Below are positions 52,975-64,000 of a DNA stretch of 64,000 nt, in pieces. Position numbers and translations under genes: made by a program. Within the stretch, counting starts at the first letter, position 1, and each line of letters begins with the position of its first letter. Below the pieces are notes generated by a model. It searched no databases. It was given only the letters and a program-made list of their open reading frames with translations, and was not told where the DNA came from. The DNA is from Azolla caroliniana (Eukaryota; Plantae; Polypodiophyta): positions 8,370,001-8,434,000 of the forward strand of contig JBHGNT010000015.1 of NCBI GenBank assembly GCA_043228905.1, written 5' to 3'.

Positions 52975-55900
52975 TGTACATATTTTGTTCTTGCCTCTCT
53001 CATACGCAGGTATTTTCTTCCTCACAGATTCATACTGTGTGATTTCTTCTGCACTGACGGCTTTGTTCATTCCCTACATTTGGTATCAGAGCTTGGATGT
53101 CCTTCATCCTGCTGCCAGCCACCATTCGAATCTTTGGATCACAACATTCTGTTTTTTTTTGCTTTGTATTTGAAGAAACAGAGAAGAGAGAAGAAGAAGA
53201 AAAAACGAGGCTTGCATCTCATCGCGTTAGATCATCTTTGCTTGGAGTAAGCCAGCCGGCTGTACTCTGTTCCTTGTGATCGTAACCGCTCGAGGTGAAA
53301 TCCCCTTGTGCAACATTGACATGATCGTGCTCCACTCGGTTAAACGGCATCCGAACAGGTCATCGAACGCTGCTCGCCGCCCGTTGTAACCACTCAGTGC
53401 AGATCGGTCTCAAGACAACAACCCCAATTTGTGCTTCATCCGGCTGATCGACATTCGGGAGGATCAATTGGATCCGTCTCTCTCGTTGCTGCAGTCACCC
53501 GAAGCAGAATCGGTCCAGACAATCGGTTTCAATAATTGGTATTTGGCATATATATTCGGAAGCGAACCGGGCTCACTCTGACTCGGCAACATTTGGGAAG
53601 ACCAGTCGGTTCTGTCCCTCAAGTTACCGGAGTCAATTCGAGCAAGTTCAACAATACATATATCCGAAGCCGAACCAACTCGGGTTAAAATCCGACTAGA
53701 ACAATATCGGGTGAGCCGACCGACTGCACTCCAACAAGGTTCGTAGTCAACTCCGAACCGAGCTTCGTCAACCGAAACCGAATCTGATGGCATCAACATC
53801 CGGCTCATCGGAAATGAGACTAAGGAGGTTCGACGGTTCGAACTTCAATTTTTGGAAGGAGCAAATGCAGGACTATCTTATAGTCAAGGGTCAGATCGAT
53901 CCGATTGAGAATGAAACTGCTCCAGAAATATACAAGGCAAATGAGTGGCAGAAGCTAGACAGAATCGTCCGCGTCACGATTCGGATGCACCTGTCGGAGT
54001 TAGTGTACTTCACAGTGCAATCATGCACGACAGCCTTCGAACTTTGGAAGAAGCTGTCGGAAACCTAAGAAAAGAAGGTCGCCTCAACGAAGATGTATTT
54101 GATCTAGCGCCTCTACAACTGGCAGATGAAAGACTCCGATTTGGTTCAGGCACACCTTAACGAGTACGAAAGTTTGAGCTCCCAAATCTCGTCACAGGGG
54201 ACGACAATCGAGGATGAACTCAGAGCAATGATACTCATGAGCAGTCTCCCCTCCTCTTGGGAAACCTTCGTTACAACTGTGTGCAACGCTTCTACGACTG
54301 CCATCAAGTACTTCGAAGTCACAAGTGCAATCCTGACTGAAGCAGCCTGGAGAAAGTCTTTCACCAAAGACTCGGCAGAAGAAGCCTATGTAGTACAAGG
54401 TTCGACCGACTGATCGAACAACCGGGGAAGAAGTTCTTCCCGACCGCCGACAAATCAGCGAAGCCGCATCAAGTCCCGGGAAACCCGAATCTGCAACTAT
54501 TGCAAGAAACCGGGACACATCAAGGCCGACTATCGGGTACTCAAGTCAAAGACAGACAAAGCTCAGAGAGCTGATCAAAGGAGTAACCGGCATGAGGAAG
54601 TCAACTACGTCGGCTCTTCAGCCGAGATATTGACGACCGACCCGAACATATTGTCCATAGAGAATCTAGTCGAATCAGAAGTTCTGCTTACTATTGAGGA
54701 ATCGAGCACATGGCTTCTGGACTCGGGCGCGTCGTATCACGTGACACCTCACCGATCACAGTTTCGGCAATATTCGGACCGGCACTCCGACTCAGTTCGA
54801 GTCGGAATTCGCAGCATTGTGCTATCATCGGAATCGGCATCGTAGAGCTCAACCTTCCGGGTGGCTCTACACTCGTACTACACAACGTCCGACACGTTCC
54901 TGAGCTCTCACGACCCTTGATCTCAGTCGGACAACTTGATGAAGCTGGCATCTGTGCTGGTTTCTCATCAGGAGGGTGGACACTCCACAGAGGGAACCTC
55001 CTGCTTGCTAGAGGACCAAAGGTACACTCATTGTACCCTTTGTATGTCACACTCAGAGAGGGTGACTTATTTCTGGTAGATATCCCTGTGTCATCCTTAT
55101 GGCATGGAAGACTTGGACACCTCAGCAAGGCCGGCATCACGCACCTATCCAGAGCCGGATACATCCCGAAACTCTCCTTCTCGGACCATCAGTTTTGCGA
55201 GCATTGCCAGTACGGCAAACAGGTAGCCGCATCACACCCGACATCAGCACCAAGAGAGTTGAGCCCGCTCGATTTGGTCCACTCGGACGTCTGTGACCCG
55301 ATGCCACATCAGTCACTCGGTGGTGCCTCGTACTTCGTCAGTTTCATTGACGACTTGACTCGGAAGGTGTGGGCTTACCCCATCAGAACCAAAGATCGGG
55401 TGTTCTCGATCTTCTCAGATTGGCTCACAATGGTCGAAAACCAGACCGGTCGGAAACTGAAGTGTCTCTGAACCGACAATGGAGGTGAGTTCAAATCTGA
55501 TGAATTCGTCAAATTTTGCCGAGAACGCGGCATTAGACGTGAATATACGGCACCATATAGTCCGGAGCAGAACGGAATCGCAGAATGCATGAATCGAACG
55601 ATTCAAGAACGCGTTGTATCCATGCTCCAACACTCCGGACTGTCGGATGGCTTCTGGGCAGAGGCTCTACTCACGGCAGTACACATAATCAATATGTCGC
55701 CAAGTAGACCTCTAGGACTTAAGATACCTCAGGAAATATGGACCGGCAGAAAGCCGAATTATGATAAGCTGAGAATTTTCGGTTGCGAGGCATACGCCCT
55801 CATACCGAAAGACGACCGCCGAAAACTCGAACCGAGATCAAGGAAATGCGTTTTCCTCGGGTATGGATCCGACGGCGAGATCGGATACCGACTCTGGGAC

Positions 55901-58318
55901 CCCGAGCACAGGCAAATCGTCCGAAGTTCGGACATCGTGTTCAACGAGTCGACTATGCACAAAACGGCCGAAAGGCCTATTGAAGTCCGAAGGGTAATAT
56001 TTTCCGAAGTGCCAACCCTTCATGACGGCCCAACACACAACACGAGACCGGTTTCACGGGTAACCGACAACTCTCGCAGCGAATCCACAGATTCGGCACA
56101 GCCGAATGGCTCGGCTTCTGACCATCCGATATCGACACCCGGTGCGACCACTCTAGTCATACCTCGAAGATCCGAGAGACTGTCGCAACCTCCGGAGAGG
56201 TACTCTCCCGGAATTTTCTTCACCGACGCCGGCAAACCGACGTCCTACGAAGAAGCATCGACAACTGCCGATTCAGCCACCTGGCATCTGGCATGGAGTC
56301 GGAAATGCACTCCATCCGCGCCAACAAGACTTAGGATCTGGTCGACTTATCGAAGAATCGACGTGCTCTTCCTTGCAAGTGGGTCTATAGACTAAAAGGA
56401 GACGTCTGACTCGACCACCCCAAAGTACAAGGCTAGATTAGTTGCGAAGGGATTTCGACAGGAATATGGCGTCGACTTCGACGAAATCTTTTCACCAGTG
56501 GTGAAAATGACAACCCTTCGTTTCATGCTCGGTGTTGTGGTTGCCGACAATTTGGAGCTGATTCAGCTAGATGTGAAAACGACATTCCTCCACAGTGATC
56601 TAAAGGAGGAAATCTACATGGAGCAGCCGAAAGGCTTTGTGGCCACCGGTCAGGAACATCTAGTCTGCAGACTCAGGAAGAGTCTTTACGGCTTGAAACA
56701 GGCACCCCGACAGTGGTACAAGAAGTTCGACGATTTCATCCAGTCGGTTGGCTTCTCCAAGAGCAATGAGGACCACTGCCTCTTCACCAAAACAGCTCAA
56801 GACGGTTCTCCTGTCTTCCTCATCATCTATGTGGACGACATGCTACTCTCCGGTCGGCATACCGGAGAGCTCACCAAACTTGTTCGGAAACTGCGATTGA
56901 AGTTTGCCATGAAGGACCTCGGTCCAGCAAGACACATACTCGGAATGAAGATTAGTCGGAATCGCGCCAAAAGACAGCTTTTTCTGTCTCAAACCGACTA
57001 CATCGGACGTGTCTTGGAACACTTCAACATGCAATCGACCGAGTCTGCTTCGACCCCGCTCCCCGTTCATCTTCGGCTTTCTCAGCGAGACTGCCCGACA
57101 TCCGGTCCCGAGGGGGAAGACATGAAGTCGATACCGTATGCACTGGCAGTAGGCTCTCTGATGTACGCGATGGTCGCGACACGGCCTGACATTTCTCACG
57201 CCGTAGGAGTCATCAGCAGATTTATGCACAATCTCGGCCGATCGCATTGGAACGCAGTCAAGAATGTGTTCAGATATTTAGCTGGCACAAAAGACCATGG
57301 CATCTTTTTCGGTCCTAACTCAACTTCAGGCGTAGCCGGTTACACCGACTCGGACCTTGCCGGCTGTGTGGACAGTCGCAAGTCAACAACCGGATATTGC
57401 TTTAAATTCGGCAATGGAGCAATCTCATGGAAGTCGAAACTTCAGGAGTGCACAGCCACCTCAACGACCGAAGCAGAATATGTAGCTACCTCCGACGCAG
57501 CGAAAGAAGCTTTATGGCTCGGTCGGCTGGCGCACACGTTTCGGCAAGTCGACTCCGACTCGGCTCCAGTTGTCTACAGTGACAGTCAGAGTGTTGTTGC
57601 TTTGTCGAAAAATCCGGTTCATCACAACGCCTCCAAGCATATCGAAGTTCGATATCACTTCGTTCGGGACTGTGTCATTTCCGGGAAAATCGGTTTAGAG
57701 AAGATATCCACAACCGACAATGTCGCAGATGGAATGACCAAGTGTCTTTGAGCAGACCGGTTCCGGTCTCTTCGGCAACAGATGGGCGTAACAACATATC
57801 GGTCCGGTTGAAGCCGGACATAGTGTAGGATGGTTTCGGACAACAGACATCGGTTCACTGACGATCGGCTTCAGCTTTTCCGACCCGACCAGTTCGGTCT
57901 TCTGTCTACGGATCAAGCCGATTCGAACAAAACCGACCTATGCCTATACCTGTATTTTTAGATAACCCATGTATACGCCCATTACGGGGGAGTGTCGAAT
58001 ACAAATGTATAATGGACGTATTCACACTATTCTCTTAGAGAGCCCAAGTTCGGGCTATTTGTATAAATAACATAAAGGGCAGTTGCCCTATGTGAGTCAC
58101 TATATAAAGTGACTTTGTAACCCTTTGTAAAGGTTGGTTGTTCATTGTTGTAACTGTTGCCCTTTTATGAATATAGATATATGCTTTGTGCCTCTCTCTC
58201 TCTCTCTCTCTCCCTGTACGTATTTTGTTCTTGCCTCTCTCATACACAGGTCTTTTCTTCCTCACAGATTCATACTGTGTGATCTCTTCCGCACTAACGG
58301 CTTTGTTCATTCCCTACA
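52741..58318 (+). mobile_element. Full-length Ty1/copia element H inside RT of G: LTRs 52741-53078 and 57993-58318, iMet PBS 53081-53092, PPT 57986-57992
   Basis: Near-identical TG...CA LTRs; perfect TSD CTATA; TGGTATCAGAGC. Confidence 0.95.
53787..57751 (+). pseudogene. copia H gag-pol with stops and frameshifts
   Basis: FDGSNFNFWK gag start, WLLDSGAS, LWHGRLGH, rve, IYVDDML, YTDSDLAG...KHIEVRYHF. Confidence 0.92.
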
Positions 58319-61300
58319 CTATATACCTCATGACTGGCTACCGCGTCTAGAACTCCATCCATGAATGGAAGTGGAAAGGCATCAGTCACTGTTGCGGCAT
58401 TTTTCCAGTTATCGACGCACACCCGGATTTTCCCGTTCTTCTTCGGCACGATGACTATCGGACTCAACCATGTGGCTTTCTTTACCGGCCGAACCAACTC
58501 GGAGTAACTTGTCGATCTCTTCTTTTACCCTTACCGCATAATTAGGGTTCATTTGGTAGTGCCTTTGTGCTACCGGTTTGGCATCTTTGCTGAGATGTAT
58601 CTGATGTTGATACAGCTGCGGATCCAACCCTCACATATCCTCATAGGACCAAGCAAATACGTCCCGGAATTCTTTCAATAATGTAATTATTGCCGTTTTG
58701 TTTTCCGGTGACATTTCTTTGGCAATATGTACTGGTCGTGCTTCCTCTCTAGTTCCCAAGTTTACTTCTTCTAGCTGGGACACCTTCACCCTTTGAGATA
58801 CCGCCATTTCCCGTTCCAGGGCCTCCTATGCTTGACGTAGTTCTCTAACGACATCTTCTGGTTGTGCAATATATGGAGAGACTGATTCGGCCACATCTAT
58901 TTTGAACAAGAGTACGATTTTTGGATTATCCTCGAGATACTGGTCGACTTCCTCGTCGGCGAGCCCTTCTAGCATATTAACGCTTTCAATGTATAATAGT
59001 GTTAGCTCTTTGCCGGTTCCGCTTTGTGGATGTGTCGGTACCTGTACTTTGGTTTTGTCTCGTCGGAACGTAATCACGTTCTTTCGCCAGTTTTGCTTAA
59101 TGTGCGCCGTCCACAACCATGGTCGTCCAAGCAATAGTGTGTAAGCCCCTTGGGTATTTAACTGGAGAACCACCGTAGAAATGCGGAATGCCTGTCCTCC
59201 ACTTGTTACCTCTAGATCTCGTATTAACCTGGTGGGTCTTACCGAACTCATATCTGCCATCCGGAGCCAAAATGGGCAAGGCTCCCACTCCTGGATTCCC
59301 AGGGTGTCACAAGTACGAAGGCTGATTACATTGACGCCCGATCCTCCGTCGACGATGGCAGTGATTATCGGACCGCTTGTGTCCACCACCATCGGCCTTC
59401 CTCTGGTCTGGAAAAGAAAGCCAGAGCCGGCGTTGAGTCTTGTGGTGTTATTGACGATTTCAGCCCATCCGTGAACCGGGGTACTATTTGTAGTAGCCGG
59501 TCTAATGGCAACGTAATTTGACATTCCTGTAATGCCATCCATGTTGGGTTTTCTGATAGTATTGTGTTGGTGAGCTCCGTCGGTGCCTCCTTTTGTTGTT
59601 TGACTTTGGCCGCATTCCGCTCATTCGCCTTCTCTACCCATTCGGTGGCCTGTTTCCGGATAGCCTCTTGTGCTTCCCACTCCGTCGTCTTTCCTTTTGC
59701 CCTAGTAGTGACTTGATGTATATCCGCGACCTCTACTACCACCATATTGACTGCCGGTCGTTTTTCGTTACTTTTCATCGGGCATTGGTTGTTGTAATGG
59801 CCTTCCTACCGGCAGTAATAACAATACGCTTTTCGGGTATTGTTGGATTCTGCTTTTGGCCTGGTACTTAGTTGAAATCCTGTTGCCGGTCGATTAGGCT
59901 CTTCCGTTTGTCTTTATTCAGGCTGGGTGCCACTCAAGCCTCTCTCCGGCTCTCGTGGGTATTCCTTCGTCGTTTACCGACACTCCTCCTTTCGGGTGTT
60001 TCGTTTCTTATTAAAACGTCGGTGGTTCTTGTATCCCTGTCGGCGGAGATCTTCGTAATCCCCGCACTGATCCTCTCTCCTCCGGTTGTAACTTGGAGAG
60101 TGCTTGGGATCAGAATGGTCACCATTATAATCCTGGTACCTGTCGTACCGGTCCCGGTCATAAGTGTCCCTTTTGTCGCTGTACCAGAGATCCTGTACTG
60201 GCCGGTAACGCTCGTCTCAATGCCAACGTTCTTCTTCCTCTTCCCAGTCGTTGCGGGTATCGATTTGTCTTACCGGTGCCGCTTGCCGGTTCAGTAAGTT
60301 ATATTCACATCGGTCCATTGTGTGCGACCTGGAATGGCATAACATGCACTGTGACCACATGGTACATTCTATTGCAGAGTGCCCAGCATTGAGACAAGTC
60401 GTACATTGTATATCTTGCCGAAATCGTAGGTCTTCTTCTGTCGGTAATGCATGCTGGAGTGCCCCCATTGTTAGCCACGAGCTTGTTTTCTCCATCTCCC
60501 TGACCCGGTCCATGAACTGGTCGATCGTGCTGGTGCGGAAATCAATGATTGCTACTAGGAATATTGCTTTAGCCTTTGCTTCTGGTGGTGCCCGACTTAG
60601 CTGGTTGTGGATCCGCTGGAACCGGATTACGAATTGCTAAATGGTTTCCGTAGGTTCCTGCCGTATGGTGTAGATAGGCCAACCATCTCTCGTTGATCCA
60701 CCTCCTTGTGGAAGAATTGTAAAAATCTGGTTTTCAAGTCCTCAAACGTAGTGATGGTGCCGGGAAGCTGCGTGAAGCGCCATTGCGCGGCTGGTCCTTC
60801 CAAAGTCATGCCAAACTCTACAATCTTCGATTGTTCTACTTCGGCGGCGTTTAAGCGTTGCAACACATGGTTTGCTTCCCATGTTTGTAGAAATGCATAC
60901 ACATGGTCTTCCGCGTCTGGATCATCCCGGTACCTGGGATATTGGAACGGCACATTGTTGTCCGACGTCGGAACTTGAGCTGGTGGTGACGGCGGTCTCT
61001 CCTCTTCTGTTGGAGGTGGTGTCATAGGTTTTTTCTCCTCTTTTCTCGGAGGCGGTGTTAGAGGTCTTTCCTCCTCTTTTTACGGCGTCGAAGGTCTTCC
61101 CTCCTCCTCCTTCGAAGGCTCGCGTGGTGGTGTCGGAGGTTGATCCGCCTCGTGCCTTCCTGAAGCTTGTAGTTCTGTTACCGCCGGTTCCGGTGTCGGT
61201 ATATTATCCGATTCCTCGTCCTCCGGTCCGTTGTGACTATTGCGGTAATTCGAATGTGCGCTATACTTGCCGTCTGAATCAGATTCAAACGCCGAAAAAT

Positions 61301-61533
61301 GGTTCTGAATCGCCTTCTCCTGCTACTAATGCCTGCAGGATGGATTCTGCTTCCTTCAGACTACTTAAACTACTTCCTTCGTCTGGATGGGAATTTTGTT
61401 GCAAACGGAGTGACTCCGCGGCCACTCGCCGAATCACCTTTGAAAAGGACCGATTCGCACGGATTTCTTCTGCCGCCTGGTGGTACGCTTCGCAGTTCTG
61501 CAGTCTTTTGGCAAGTTGTCTCGCTCACTCCAT
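58319..61533 (-). pseudogene. gag, protease and RT N-terminus of element G
   Basis: Retrotrans_gag-like FGMTLEGPAAQW, CTTCLNAGHSAIEC/CMLCHSRSHTMDRC, IVDGGSGVNVI, LLLGRPWL, WLSPIVIVPKKNGK. Confidence 0.88.
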
Positions 61534-61657
61534 TACTGGGTCGTTCGTGGTCGCCAAAAACTGTGTTACTCCTTGGGGCAGGACTAGCCTTAACACAGGG
61601 TGTTCCCTCTAAGACACTTCACCAAAGGGTGGTGCAAGTGGCGTAGGCATAGACCGT

Positions 61658-62424
61658 TGTCGTGCCTTTCGGCTCCGGATCGTTGCGTGAGTCGGGTGGG
61701 AACCGCTGGGGTTTTGGACTAGGAAGAGGAAGAATTTGAGACAAGTTTATAGTTATGGATAGATTATTAGAAAGAGATAAAGAAAACTTGTGAATCCCAC
61801 AAGTATAATGAATTTTATTAATCAATATATATATAAGAATATGAATTTGGATTGAAAAAGAAGAATATAGAAATCTCGTGAATCCCACGAGTATAATTTA
61901 TTTCGTGAATCCCACGAACATATTAATTGGCGTCTTTTAGAAATATATCCAATTTCCAAGTATTTCACACACCTATTACATTGTGCTCCCCATCCTTATG
62001 TAGTGATGAGGGAGTCTTAGGAATCCATGCTTTTTTCTCTAACTATAGACTCCATGCTTTTCCTATAGATAGACTATATGCTTTATCTAAAGTGATCATG
62101 CTTTTTCTAACTTGTGCATTTTTTATCAACTACAACGTTCATGGACGCTAGATGTGTATGCGTAGCTTTTTCTTTTAGCATGCGTTTTCTTTTAACTAAA
62201 GTTTATCCTAGGTGAACTAAGCTTTCTATGTGGAACATCTATTTTTGAACACTAATGAAATGCTAGTGTAATGGTAAGACATTACATTATTAACGTGGAG
62301 GTGCAAGGTTCGAATCTTGCCCTATGCATGTTATATATATTTTAATATTTTCTACTATTTATTCATATTTATTAAATCGGTACTTTATAAGTTTTTCACG
62401 TAATGTACGAAATACACTACGACA
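61658..62424 (-). mobile_element. Solo LTR (767 bp) related to element S, inside the 5' LTR of G
   Basis: TGTCGT...ACGACA with perfect TSD CCGT; absent from the partner LTR at ~33530; terminus is the reverse complement of the S LTR end. Confidence 0.9.
62257..62345 (+). promoter_or_regulatory. tRNA-type Pol III A box (62264-62274) and B box (62308-62316) inside the solo LTR
   Basis: TAGTGTAATGG...GTTCGAATC, 44-nt spacing; GCAAG/CTTGC stem around the B box; TTTT at ~62340. Confidence 0.62.
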
Positions 62425-63326
62425 CCGTGATACAAACGTATTCCTAACCGGCTACTAACCGGTGTGGTTAAGGATCGTAATACACGCGTAAGATAGATTC
62501 TATTAAGCATAGAACAATAATTAACTAAAGCTTCAAAGATTAAACAAGATGTAGAACAACAACACTTTCATTAATAAACCGCTATCTTATTACAATCTAA
62601 TCGGGTCCTTTTATAGGTCACCGGCTTTGGGTTACGAATTGGTGTCAACCGGCAACCAACCACGAACCGGTCCGGATCCGGATCGGCATACCAATTTCGG
62701 GTCCGTCTGTTCGCTTCTCAAAATATAATAGTTATAGACAACAAATCCTGGTTCTAAAATAATTATCCCTTTCCCATTCTGGACTTTATCCAGCTTTTAA
62801 GTCTTTGCCGGTCAACAAAAGATAGAAGACGGATTGGAGACAGCCAATTCGGGCGAAAGCGGGAATGAATTGGAAATGTTCAATTCAGTCATAATGTTCG
62901 ATTCCGATACGCCAAATCAAGTAATGGTCAAGCGGAGAAAAAAGCAGCGAAAGAGGCACCAACACCGCAACACCAAAGGAGCTGAGAAAGGGCGCAAGAG
63001 TAGACAAGCCGATCGGAAAGGTTGAAGTGCACGGAATCGAACAGGTCGAGGAGCGCAAGCGAGGTGTGATGCCAGGAGAAGCTGGAGCGAAGATCCAGTA
63101 AAGTGGATGGAACCTCAAGTTGAGCTTGAGGGGGAGTGATGAGAGACAAGCTCAACATTGGGTGAGTATACGGGTACGTAACCAAGTGTGTAGATTGGGT
63201 GTGTAAAACCGTACGCAAAAATATGGTTATGGTGGTGTTTAAACCGAGAGGCCGTAAGAGTGTTATTCCTTGTAAGGAATAATTTTGGGAGTAAGTGTAG
63301 GATGCTCATTTATGAGTGGTCAAGTA

Positions 63327-64000
63327 CATGACGAGCCACAAAGAGTGGTTCTCGTTTTTGGAGAAACTGGAACAACCAGGAATCGTCGAAATTGGAGACA
63401 ACACCCCTCACCCAATTGTGTATGTCGGAGAAGTCCCTTTAAGCCATGTTAGACAAAAAGGAAAGCGGATGAACGTACTACACGTTCCGAAAATCACAAA
63501 GAACCTGGTGTCGGTCGGACAAATTGTTGACAAGGGAATGCAGGTGCGATTTATGCACCTCGGGTGCTTCATCGATGAAGAAGGCCGGATAATCACGCAA
63601 GGGCGCAGAGAAGGGAGGATGTTCATCCTCAACACAAATGATGTTGGCACCGCCATGTTTGCCAAAGGACGAAAGATTGAATTGGACATCGATCTTTGGC
63701 ATAAGCAAATCGGCCACGTCAACTACCGGAGGCTTCAAGACCTGCAATCGAAACAAGTTGTGTTCGGGTGGCCGAAGTTTAGTGGCCGGAAGGCCCAAAT
63801 ATATGAAGCCTGCCAATTCAGGAAGCAACATCGGCGTCCATTCCCCATCGAACGAAACAGGAGCCGTAACAAGCTTGATCTAATCCATTCAGATGTATGG
63901 GGACCGACAGAGAACGTTAGTCTTAGCGGGAGTCAGTATTTCGTCTCCTTCATCGACGACTATAGTCGACACATGTGGATCCACCTCATCAAGAGGAAAA
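63327..64000 (+). pseudogene. copia protease-integrase fragment F (E family), runs off the window
   Basis: HMTSHKEWFSFLEKLE...DIDLWHKQIGH...LIHSDVWGP...YFVSFIDDYSR; homologous to 30000-30700. Confidence 0.88.

Larger units (their letters stand above)
33442..62817 (-). mobile_element. Large non-chromovirus Ty3/gypsy element G (Athila/Tat-like, provisional): 5' LTR 61564-62817, Arg PBS 61547-61556, 3' LTR 33442-40754; both LTRs interrupted
   Basis: Paired LTRs TGTTAC...GTCAACA; TSD GAAGA/AAAGA (1 mismatch); gag with two CCHC knuckles, PR IVDGGSG, RT VFLDDF, IN core, extra 3' ORF. Confidence 0.9.
26879..63326 (+). mobile_element. Ty1/copia element E: partial 5' LTR 26879-26995, iMet-type PBS 26996-27007, body to 33441 and 62818-63136, partial 3' LTR 63137-63326; hosts the nested insertions
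   Basis: gag, PR (YVDSGAS), IN, RT (LYVDDL), RH fragments 27095-33215; reading frames rejoin across each insertion; PPT GAGGGGGAG 63128-63136. Confidence 0.85.

Noticed and set aside
61055-61612. 185-aa plus-strand ORF
   Set aside because: Antisense shadow of the element G gag N-terminus.
62257-62325. A genuine tRNA gene
   Set aside because: Only the A/B boxes and a T-arm-like hairpin are present; I could not form acceptor or anticodon stems.

Overview
Eukaryotic (plant-type) repeat-rich DNA: about 58 of the 64 kb is nested, mostly decayed LTR retrotransposons around one AT-rich island (~21.2-26 kb). The island carries a single host gene, a proline-rich single-pass membrane protein on the minus strand. 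The left nest (1-21 kb) holds Ty1/copia elements, tRNA-Arg-primed Ty3/gypsy pieces and a 4-kb non-autonomous LTR element. The right nest (26-64 kb) is a copia element split by two solo LTRs and by a 29-kb gypsy element with an extra coiled-coil ORF. That gypsy element itself hosts a Tcn1-like chromovirus, two copia elements, a tRNA-Trp-primed gypsy element and a solo LTR. Most boundaries could be read from TG...CA termini and target-site duplications (TSDs). The Tcn1-like element suggests a non-seed plant (inference). The most notable signal is the tRNA-Trp-primed gypsy group. (i) It makes 4-bp TSDs that are always CpG-centred (NCGN). (ii) Three LTR subfamilies carry an antisense tRNA-type Pol III A-box/B-box cassette in U3. 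(iii) It has a putative -1 frameshift after the protease. Also notable are an 11-nt self-priming site plus a hairpin in the chromovirus LTR, and a non-purine plus-strand priming motif shared by autonomous and non-autonomous Arg-primed elements. All calls are by eye; lineage names are provisional.
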